From Acidimicrobiia bacterium (lineage in GTDB: Bacteria; Actinomycetota; Acidimicrobiia; Spongiisociales; ZC4RG35), in contig DATHVR010000073.1 of NCBI GenBank assembly GCA_035461175.1, forward strand, positions 9,871 to 73,870: DNA of 64,000 bases, read 5' to 3'. The notes beneath the pieces are model-generated. The model searched no databases. It had not been told where the DNA came from and saw only the letters and a program-made list of their open reading frames with translations. The position numbers and the translations under genes are program-made. Below are positions 57,273 through 64,000 of the stretch, piece by piece. The stretch's first letter is position 1. Each line of letters begins with the position of its first letter.

Positions 57273-57562
57273 GGGGCTATTCCCGTGGTGGCTCCGGGCG
57301 ACTAGCATTTGCGGTGGTACACGAACGAAACGCTTGAAACGCAATCGAAAGGCCGCCACCAGGTGTCAGGTTTGACCTCCGATACGGGCTGAAGCCGGTT
57401 GGCGACCGTTCGTGTCGCCCCGTATTCGCCTCGATGGAAGGATTGCCGTCAGTCGGTCATCCGTCATTGGTTTACCTGAGAGCCGATCCGCTCGTTCGTG
57501 TGCCGGGCCCGTGAGGGTCCGGCACACGTCGTTGTGGATCCGGAGGCGGCGAAGGGAGAATC

Positions 57563-59104
57563 ATGGAACCGGTGCAGGTCGTGATCCTGTTAGTGGTGGT
57601 AGGGGTCATCACCGCCGCCTCCGGGTATGCCTACGCCAGCCTGGCGACGACACGTCGCCGCCGCCAGGAGAGCGAGTCCGCCGAGGAAACCCTCAGCCAT
57701 GCCCGGATCGAAGCCCAGCGCTTCCTGGCCAAGGCCGAAGAGGAGGGCCGGGCCAAGGCCGAGGCCTACCGGGAGCGGGAGGTGGCCAACCTCGAACATC
57801 GCCGGCTGGAGGTCACCAACCTCGAGAATCGCATGGCCCAGCGGGAAGAGACGCTCGAGCAGCGTGCCACCAACCTCGCCACCCGCGAGCGCATGCTGAT
57901 CGACCGCGAGACGGAACTGACCGATGCCCGTCAGGCGGCCGAGCATCTGCGCGAGCAGGCACGAGCCGACCTGGAGCGACTGGCGGGCATCGATGCCCGG
58001 GCCGCCAAGGACGAACTCCTCGAGCAGGTCGAGGACGAGGCCCGGCGCGACGCCATGATCCTGGTGCGGGATCTAGAGATCAAGGCACGGGAGGAGGCCG
58101 ACAAGCGGGCCCGCCGCATCCTTGCCACCGCCATCCAGCGCCTCGCCTCCGAGGTCGTGACCGAGTCGACCCTGTCCACCGTCCAGCTCCCCAGCGACGA
58201 CATGAAGGGACGCATCATCGGCCGGGAGGGCCGCAACATCCGCCATCTCGAATCAGTCACAGGTGTCAACCTGATCGTTGACGACACTCCCGAAGCGGTA
58301 TCGGTGAGCTCTTTCGATCCCGTGCGCCGCGAGGTGGCCCGGATCACTCTGGAACGGTTGGTGGCCGACGGCCGCATCCACCCCGCCTCGATCGAAGAGG
58401 CCTACGAGAAAGCCCGCGACGAGGTCGAGCAAAGCGTGCGCGACGCCGGAGAATGGGCCCTGCTCGAGGTGGGGCTGACGCGGATGAACCCCGAACTGGT
58501 CACGCTGCTCGGCCGCCTCAAGTTCCGCACGTCCTACGGGCAGAACGTCCTCAACCATCTGGTCGAGTCGTCTCACATCGCTTCCATGCTCGCCACCGAG
58601 CTGGGCATCGATCCCGCCCCGGTACGGCGGGCCGCCCTCCTCCACGACATCGGCAAAGCCGTTACCCATGAGGTGGAGGGCTCCCACGCCTTGATCGGCG
58701 CCGAGATCGCCCGTCGCTTTGGTGAGGACCCGGCCGTCGTCCACGGCATCGAGGCCCACCACAACGAGGTGGAACCGCGCACCATCCTCGCCGTCATCGT
58801 CCAGGCCGCCGACGCCGTCTCCGCCGCCCGACCCGGGGCGCGACGCGAGACCCTGGAATCGTACGTTCGCCGGCTGGAGCGTCTGGAGAACCTGGCTCTC
58901 GAGTTCGAGGGTGTCGAGCGGGTCTTCGCCCTGCAGGCCGGACGCGAGGTCAGGGTCGTAGTGGACCCGGGGAGCGTGACCGACCTCGAGGCCAACGATC
59001 TGGCCCGGCGGATCGCTCGCAAGCTGGAAGAGGACCTCCAGTATCCGGGCACCATCCAGGTCACGGTCATCCGCGAGTTCCGAGCCACCGACTTCGCCCG
59101 CTGA
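57563..59104 (+). CDS. rny: Ribonuclease Y (N-terminal TM, coiled coil, KH and HD domains).
   Basis: …[22 protein letters not shown]… (KH); …[24 protein letters not shown]… (HD); 513 aa. Confidence 0.88.
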   Translation: MEPVQVVILLVVVGVITAASGYAYASLATTRRRRQESESAEETLSHARIEAQRFLAKAEEEGRAKAEAYREREVANLEHRRLEVTNLENRMAQREETLEQRATNLATRERMLIDRETELTDARQAAEHLREQARADLERLAGIDARAAKDELLEQVEDEARRDAMILVRDLEIKAREEADKRARRILATAIQRLASEVVTESTLSTVQLPSDDMKGRIIGREGRNIRHLESVTGVNLIVDDTPEAVSVSSFDPVRREVARITLERLVADGRIHPASIEEAYEKARDEVEQSVRDAGEWALLEVGLTRMNPELVTLLGRLKFRTSYGQNVLNHLVESSHIASMLATELGIDPAPVRRAALLHDIGKAVTHEVEGSHALIGAEIARRFGEDPAVVHGIEAHHNEVEPRTILAVIVQAADAVSAARPGARRETLESYVRRLERLENLALEFEGVERVFALQAGREVRVVVDPGSVTDLEANDLARRIARKLEEDLQYPGTIQVTVIREFRATDFAR

Positions 59105-59107
59105 GCC

Positions 59108-60493
59108 ATGACGTCGGTGTCCCTGTCCCCGCCCCGGCGACGTTACGAGTCGCGCCCCCAACCCACCCGCCAGGGCAAGCGGTATCTGATCCGCACCTTC
59201 GGGTGCCAGATGAACGAGCACGACTCCGAGCGGATCGCCGGCCTGTTCGAACGTGACGGCATGACGCCCACCGGCAGCCTCGACGAGGCCGACGTCGTCT
59301 TCGTAAACACCTGCACCATCCGCGAGAACGCCGACAACCGCCTCTACGGCACCTTGGGCCACCTCAAACAGCTCAAGGACGCCCGCCCCGAGGCGCTGCT
59401 GGTGGTGGGTGGATGTGCCGCCCAGAAAGACCGGGAACTGGTCCGCGAGCGGGCACCCTGGGTCGATGTCGTCATGGGCACCCACAACCTGGACCGGGTC
59501 CTCGACCTCATGGACCATGCCGAGGAGTGGGGCGGCATCACCGAGATCGCCGACGAGTTGGAGGCGATGCCGTCGGTGCTTCCCGTCCGCCGGGAGCTAG
59601 ACCATTCCGCCTGGGTGACGATCCAGGTCGGCTGCAACAACACCTGCACTTTCTGCATCGTCCCCGCGGTGCGAGGAGTCGAGATCTCCCGGCGGCCCGG
59701 CGACATCGTCTCCGAGGTCGAGCGCCTGGCGGCCGACGGCGTGGCCGAGATCACTCTTCTCGGCCAGAACGTGGACACCTATGGGCGCGACCTGGCCCTC
59801 GACGGCCGCCGCCGCCCGATCTTCGCCGACCTTCTCCGCAGGGTGGGAGCCGTTCCCGGCATTCGTCGGGTTCGCTTCACCAGCCCCCATCCGGCCGACT
59901 TTCGAGAGGACGTCGCCCGCGCCATGGCCGAGACCGAGGCGGTGTGCGAACAACTGCACCTGCCGCTCCAGAGTGGCTCCGACCGCATCCTCGCCGCCAT
60001 GCACCGGGGGTACAACCGCCGCCGTTACCTGGACCGCCTGGAGATGGCCCGGGGGACGATTCCCGGCTTGACCGTATCCACCGACGTCATCGTCGGGTTT
60101 CCCGGCGAGACCGACGAGGACTTCGATGCCACCATGGAGGTGGTGGAGGCAGCGCGGTTCGACTCGGCGTTCATGTTCATCTTCTCACCCCGGCCCGGCA
60201 CCGCCGCGGCCGAATTGACTGCCGACTTCGTCGACCCCGAAGTCATCCAGCGCCGGTTCGACCATCTCGCCGCCACCCAGAACCGGATCTCGGGGGAGAG
60301 GAACCAGGAACTGATCGGCACCACTCAGGAAGTGCTGGCCGAAGGCCCGTCGAAGAAGGACCCGGACGTCGCCACCACCCGCACCCGGGGCGGCAAGGTC
60401 GTCCATGCCAATGGCCATATTCCTCCCGGCACCTTCCTGAACGTCGAGATCACCGCCGCCTATCAGCATCACCTGGTCGGGAGGCGGGTCTGA
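59108..60493 (+). CDS. miaB: tRNA (N6-isopentenyl-A37) 2-methylthiotransferase MiaB.
   Basis: …KRYLIRTFGCQMNEHDSERIAGL…; radical SAM CNNTCTFC; C-terminal TRAM domain. Confidence 0.88.
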   Translation: MTSVSLSPPRRRYESRPQPTRQGKRYLIRTFGCQMNEHDSERIAGLFERDGMTPTGSLDEADVVFVNTCTIRENADNRLYGTLGHLKQLKDARPEALLVVGGCAAQKDRELVRERAPWVDVVMGTHNLDRVLDLMDHAEEWGGITEIADELEAMPSVLPVRRELDHSAWVTIQVGCNNTCTFCIVPAVRGVEISRRPGDIVSEVERLAADGVAEITLLGQNVDTYGRDLALDGRRRPIFADLLRRVGAVPGIRRVRFTSPHPADFREDVARAMAETEAVCEQLHLPLQSGSDRILAAMHRGYNRRRYLDRLEMARGTIPGLTVSTDVIVGFPGETDEDFDATMEVVEAARFDSAFMFIFSPRPGTAAAELTADFVDPEVIQRRFDHLAATQNRISGERNQELIGTTQEVLAEGPSKKDPDVATTRTRGGKVVHANGHIPPGTFLNVEITAAYQHHLVGRRV

Positions 60494-61380
60494 CCCGGCT
60501 GTTGGCCATCCTCGGCCCCACGGCAACCGGAAAGTCACGCCTGGGGCTGGAGATCGCCGAGCGACTCGGAGCCGAGATCCTCTCGGTCGACTCGATGCAG
60601 GTGTACCGGGGAATGGACATCGGTACCGCCAAGCCCACTCTCGAGGAGCGCCGCCGGGTCCGGCACCACATGATCGACGTGGCCGATCCCTCCGATCCGT
60701 ACACGGTGGCCGACTTCCGCCGGCGCGCCCGCGCCGACCTGGCAGCCACCGACGCCGACACGGTCCTGATAGTGGGGGGTTCGGGCCTCCACTTCCGCTC
60801 CGTCGTTGACCCGATGACCTTCTTACCTTCCGACCCGGCGATCAGGGCCGAGGTCGAGTCCGGGGATCTCGCCACGCTCACCGCCGAGTTGCTGGCCGCC
60901 GACCCCGAAGCCGCCCACCACGTCGACCTGGCCAACCCGCGGCGGGTGATCCGGGCGGTCGAAACCCTGCGGATCTCCGGCGCCACCCCCACCTCGCTGG
61001 CCCGCTCCGAGGAGCGCCACCACTACGCCGAGTACCGGCCCGAACTCGAGTTCCGGGCCGTCGCCCTCGATCGCCACGACTTGGAGGCACGGGTGGCGTC
61101 CCGTCTGCAGCGAATGCGGTCGGACGGGTTGCTGGCGGAGGTGGAGGCGCTGGCGCCCCGGCTCGGGCCTACCGCCTCGCTGGCCGTCGGCTATCGCCAA
61201 CTTCTCCCGGTCGTGGCGGGCGAACTGGCGCCCGAAGCGGGCTTTTCCGCCGCCGAACGTGCCACCATGAGGCTCGTGAAGCGCCAGCGCACGTTCTTTC
61301 GCCGCGATCCTCGCCTGGTCTGGCTGGATGCCGCCGCCCCCGACCTGGCCGGACGGGTACTGGGGGAGTGGGGACTGTGA
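60490..61380 (+). CDS. miaA: tRNA dimethylallyltransferase MiaA. Start uncertain (CTG/TTG near 60490-60502); the ORF-track entry 59413..61380 is a frame run-on.
   Basis: P-loop …LLAILGPTATGKSRLGLEIAERL…SVDSMQVYRGMDIGTAKP…. Confidence 0.8.
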   Translation: MTRLLAILGPTATGKSRLGLEIAERLGAEILSVDSMQVYRGMDIGTAKPTLEERRRVRHHMIDVADPSDPYTVADFRRRARADLAATDADTVLIVGGSGLHFRSVVDPMTFLPSDPAIRAEVESGDLATLTAELLAADPEAAHHVDLANPRRVIRAVETLRISGATPTSLARSEERHHYAEYRPELEFRAVALDRHDLEARVASRLQRMRSDGLLAEVEALAPRLGPTASLAVGYRQLLPVVAGELAPEAGFSAAERATMRLVKRQRTFFRRDPRLVWLDAAAPDLAGRVLGEWGL

Positions 61381-62132
61381 AATTCACGAAGATGCAGGGG
61401 CTGGGCAACGACTTCGTCGTCCTCGAAGAGGTGGAGCCGGCGCCGGAGCTGGTCCGACAACTGTGCGATCGTCGGCGTGGAGTGGGTGCGGACGGCGTGC
61501 TGGCGGTAGGTCACCGGCCCTCGATGCGCTACTGGAATGCCGATGGTTCCGTGGCGGAGATGTGCGGAAACGGCCTGCGCTGCGTGGCCCGCTATGCGGT
61601 CGACCGGGACTGGGCACCGAGCGACGAGTGGTTCGTCATCGAGACCGCCGTGGGTCCCCGTAGGGCTCTGGTAGCCGATCCGTGGATCACCGTCGAGGTC
61701 GGAAAGGTGTCGATTGCCGGAACGGTGTCGATCGGGGAGCGCTCCTATCACGAAGCTTCGGTGGGAAACCCCCATGCCGTCACGATCGTCGACGATCCCG
61801 ACGCCGTCGCGGTGTCCGAGGTAGGACCGGTGGTGGAGCACGACCTCGCCTTTCCGAACGGGACGAACGTGGAATTCGTCTCCCGGGTGGCGCCCCAGCG
61901 TCTCCATCTTCGGGTGTGGGAACGAGGCGTGGGAGAGACACTGGCCTGCGGGAGCGGCATGGTGGTGGCGGCCGCCGTCGCGGCCGGGATGACCGAGGAG
62001 CCGATCGAGGTGGTGGTGCCGGGCGGGACGGGCCAGGTCTCGTTCCGCAACGGATCCGGCTATCTGAGCGGGCCGGCCCAGGTCGTGTTCACGGGGGAAT
62101 GGCCGGTCAGCGGAGCGAGCGCAGGACGCTGA
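61377..62132 (+). CDS. dapF: Diaminopimelate epimerase.
   Basis: …FTKMQGLGNDFVVL…; catalytic Cys motifs MCGNGLRC and ACGSGMVVAA. The GTG start overlaps the miaA stop. Confidence 0.88.
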   Translation: MKFTKMQGLGNDFVVLEEVEPAPELVRQLCDRRRGVGADGVLAVGHRPSMRYWNADGSVAEMCGNGLRCVARYAVDRDWAPSDEWFVIETAVGPRRALVADPWITVEVGKVSIAGTVSIGERSYHEASVGNPHAVTIVDDPDAVAVSEVGPVVEHDLAFPNGTNVEFVSRVAPQRLHLRVWERGVGETLACGSGMVVAAAVAAGMTEEPIEVVVPGGTGQVSFRNGSGYLSGPAQVVFTGEWPVSGASAGR

Positions 62133-62754
62133 CCACCCGGCCGATGACCTCGACACCCTGGTCGAAGACCATGTCGGGAAAGGCCTGGTTCTCGGCCCGC
62201 AAAATCACCTTGCCGTCCTGGCGGAAAAGGCGCTTGACCGTGGCCTCCTCGCCCTCGACCATGGCCGCCACGATGTCGCCATCGGCGGCGTCGGGCTGGC
62301 GCCTAATCACCACCAGGTCACCGTCGAGGATGCCGGCATCGATCATCGAGTCTCCCTTGACCCGGAGCATGAACACGGGGCCTCTACCCACCAGGGACTC
62401 GGGCAGGGGATAGATGTCCTCGACATCCTCGGTGGCCAGCACGGGACTGCCGGCGGCGATACGCCCCACCAGGGGGACTTCGCGCATGTCATCGGGAAGA
62501 CCGGGGCCGCCAGCCGCCGTTTCGCCCAGGATCTCGATGGCGCGTGGCTTGGTGGGGTCACGACGGATCATGCCCGCCTCGACCAGGGCGGAGAGATGGC
62601 TGTGCACGGTGGAGGGGGAAGACAGGCCGACTGCCTCGCCAATCTCTCGCACCGACGGGGGATAGCCTCGATCGGCCACGGTGGTTCGGATGAAGTCCAG
62701 AACCTGTTGCTGCCGGTCGCTCAACTTGGCTTCACTCATGCTGCCCTCTCTCAT
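62107..62754 (-). CDS. lexA: LexA repressor. Two in-frame ATG starts (62754 and 62739) are created by a tandem duplication.
   Basis: wHTH …GYPPSVREIGEAVGLSSPSTVHSHLSALVEAGMIRRD…; the S24 peptidase domain has the Ala-Gly cleavage site and Ser/Lys dyad. Confidence 0.92.
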   Translation of the reverse strand: MREGSMSEAKLSDRQQQVLDFIRTTVADRGYPPSVREIGEAVGLSSPSTVHSHLSALVEAGMIRRDPTKPRAIEILGETAAGGPGLPDDMREVPLVGRIAAGSPVLATEDVEDIYPLPESLVGRGPVFMLRVKGDSMIDAGILDGDLVVIRRQPDAADGDIVAAMVEGEEATVKRLFRQDGKVILRAENQAFPDMVFDQGVEVIGRVVSVLRSLR

Positions 62755-62766
62755 GCTGCCCTCTCT
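62737..62766. repeat. Perfect 15-bp tandem duplication CATGCTGCCCTCTCT x2 (on the lexA strand: AGAGAGGGCAGCATG x2) duplicating the SD+ATG of lexA.
   Basis: Read directly from the sequence; it produces two identical SD-spacer-ATG contexts 15 nt apart. Confidence 0.8.
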
Positions 62767-62860
62767 CAGGATGGCTCTCAGGGGTTTCTCGACTTGTCCC
62801 GCTCACGGCTCCGTCCGGCAGGTCGCCCGGTCTCGATTTGCTTCCGGGGTTCCCTTTGGA

Positions 62861-62965
62861 TCGAACTGACGTTCCCCAGCATACAGTTCGGAATCTCGCG
62901 TTCCAAACATATGTTCGACTTGACCCCCGAACATGTGTTCTGTACTGTTCCGAACAGACGTTCGA
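62861..62965. promoter_or_regulatory. Cluster of four LexA boxes in the lexA / LysM divergent intergenic region (autoregulatory SOS operator region).
   Basis: TCGAACtgacGTTCC (62861-62875), CAAACatatGTTCG (62904-62917), CGAACatgtGTTC (62928-62940), CGAACagacGTTCGA (62951-62965). Confidence 0.75.
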
Positions 62966-63017
62966 TTCACAGGAGCCCCCACCACCGAACGGTCGGGATG
63001 ATTTGGAGGAAGACCGC

Positions 63018-63308
63018 ATGACACACACCGCGCCAGAGCTCATCAGACTGCTCGTCCTCAGACTGCTCGTCCTGGCAGTGGCAGTGGGCGCGGTCTTCCT
63101 CCTGCTCACCTCGGCCAACGCCGACGAGCCGCCGGCACCCACCTTCAGCCACGTGGTGGCCTCGGGCGAGACCCTGTGGGCTCTCGCCGCCGACCTGGCC
63201 GAGCCCGGGGCGGACGTGCGCCGGGTGGTGGCCGAGATCGAGGACCTGAACGGGCTGGAGGGCGCCACCATCCATCCGGGACAGGTCCTGGCACTCCCCG
63301 CCGGCTAG
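63018..63308 (+). CDS. LysM-domain membrane-anchored protein; the SOS-regulated gene divergent from lexA (analogous to Rv2719c/ChiZ-like).
   Basis: TM LLVLRLLVLAVAVGAVFLLL, then LysM …HVVASGETLWALAADL…; GGAGGA SD 7 nt upstream; LexA boxes upstream. Confidence 0.75.
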   Translation: MTHTAPELIRLLVLRLLVLAVAVGAVFLLLTSANADEPPAPTFSHVVASGETLWALAADLAEPGADVRRVVAEIEDLNGLEGATIHPGQVLALPAG

Positions 63309-63427
63309 GTCCATCGGCCCGGTGGTGGTTGGGGGGTGCGGACGCCATAATGTAGGGCTATGCACTTGGGCTCGGGCGGGGCCCGACGCACTGGTGGCGT
63401 CTCCCCGCTTAAAGGACTGGGAACCTG

Positions 63428-64000
63428 ATGCTGCCCACCAGCTACCGGGGGGCGGCCACCATCGACGGCGAGGCGATGGCTGCGGAGTTGCACCTCGACG
63501 CCGAGAACATCACGCTGCGTCTTGAGAACGAGCAGCAGGTTTTGCGCTGGCCCATCAGCCAGACCGACGTCTCGGCCATCCGCAACGGCGACTACCGGCT
63601 GCGGATGGGTGAGGAGACGTTCGAATTCACTCCGGTGGTCGACGACGGACTCGGCGATGAGATCGCGCTGCGTCGGCGATTCGCCCAGAACGGGGCCGCC
63701 ACTTCTCTCGACGACGCCGGCGGAAGCCTCCCGGCCCCCGCCCCGAGTATCGCCGATCGGGTGGTGGAGGCAGGCCGCACCTCGGCACGTCGGCCGGGGG
63801 TACTGGAAGGCAAGGATCTCGGCCTGCGGACGGCGCTGGTCGTGCTCGGAGTCCTCGCCCTGGCGGTAGTCTCGGTGGCGGTTTGGTCGGGCGCCCTTCA
63901 GAACCGACCGGAGACCGTGGTGGTCGGGGCCGATGCCTCCGCCCCCACTACCCAGGCGGCGCCCGAAGCCACCGTGGCGCCCCCCACCACCGTTCCCGCC
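63428..64000 (+). CDS. Hypothetical membrane-anchored protein, 3'-truncated by the window end. It is not in the ORF track because there is no stop in the window.
   Basis: Open frame from the ATG at 63428 with no stop to 64000. Translation is MLPTSYRGAATIDGEAMAAELHLDAENITLRLENEQQVLRWPISQ…, with a TM segment ALVVLGVLALAVVSVAVW and then a Pro/Thr/Ala-rich tail; GC3-rich codon usage. Confidence 0.45.
   Translation, partial: MLPTSYRGAATIDGEAMAAELHLDAENITLRLENEQQVLRWPISQTDVSAIRNGDYRLRMGEETFEFTPVVDDGLGDEIALRRRFAQNGAATSLDDAGGSLPAPAPSIADRVVEAGRTSARRPGVLEGKDLGLRTALVVLGVLALAVVSVAVWSGALQNRPETVVVGADASAPTTQAAPEATVAPPTTVPA

Noticed and set aside
57440-57540. TPP riboswitch suggested by a CTGAGA motif upstream of rny
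   Set aside because: The remaining conserved TPP-riboswitch elements (ACCTGATCTGGATAATGCCAGCG-like) are absent. The downstream gene is not thiamine-related.
57412-58281. 289-aa Arg-rich ORF starting in the recA-rny spacer and running into rny
   Set aside because: Poly-Arg/Gly composition, out of frame with RNase Y. It was considered as recX but has no RecX-like sequence.
58253-59518. 421-aa ORF antisense to rny/miaB
   Set aside because: Shadow frame across two well-supported genes.
59413-61380. 655-aa plus-strand ORF
   Set aside because: A frame run-on. Only the last ~295 codons (from ~60490) are MiaA; the upstream part is an Arg/Gly/Pro-rich alternate frame of miaB.

Overview
This is a high-GC (~70%) actinobacterial chromosomal window, and most of it is conserved core genome that I could assign.

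Genes called, in order:
- A 5'-truncated methylmalonyl-CoA-mutase-family large subunit plus a small DUF2277 gene, an LCP-family protein and a lipoprotein.
- valS, a SatD-like/DUF3307 two-gene cassette, ychF and a universal stress protein (USP).
- A dodecin / MBL-hydrolase / giant S8 subtilase operon on the minus strand, divergent from a LexA-boxed dnaE2.
- An SLT transglycosylase and an AroQ-alpha/beta-hydrolase fusion.
- A lipoprotein, an ABC exporter, a second USP, a flavin reductase, a DUF4032-like protein and an HD-GYP protein.
- A tight six-gene minus-strand cluster: HExxH+vWA protein, atypical MoxR-like AAA+, PpnN-like LOG, TIGR03084/DinB_2-like, BtpA and crotonase.
- An M16 peptidase, a CNNM/CorC transporter, a cyclophilin and a META lipoprotein.
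- dapA, rnj, ftsK and a 2-oxoacid dehydrogenase operon (E1 alpha, E1 beta, E2).
- ramB divergent from aceB-aceA, followed by an archaeal-type (type II) GAPDH-like gene.
- A PHP phosphatase and a second flavin reductase.
- rimO-cinA-thpR, a LexA-boxed recA, rny, miaB-miaA-dapF, lexA with a multi-box SOS operator region divergent from a LysM gene, and a 3'-truncated membrane protein.

I found no tRNA or rRNA genes, no CRISPR array and no mobile element.

The non-coding structure I noted is:
- LexA (Cheo-type) boxes at dnaE2, recA and lexA/LysM.
- A family of GT-rich/CA-rich repeats at three intergenic loci (23.35 kb, 37.3 kb and 45.4-45.65 kb).
- A perfect 16-bp-arm palindrome at 32.23 kb.
- A 15-bp tandem duplication of the lexA translation-initiation site.

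The best candidates for something undescribed are:
- the vWA(HExxH)/AAA+(degenerate Walker motifs)/LOG cluster;
- the SatD-like (cyclase-like + HTH) / DUF3307 cassette;
- the aceBA-linked type II GAPDH-like dehydrogenase;
- the AroQ-hydrolase fusion.

Many long R/P/G-rich ORFs in alternate frames are high-GC shadow ORFs and were rejected.
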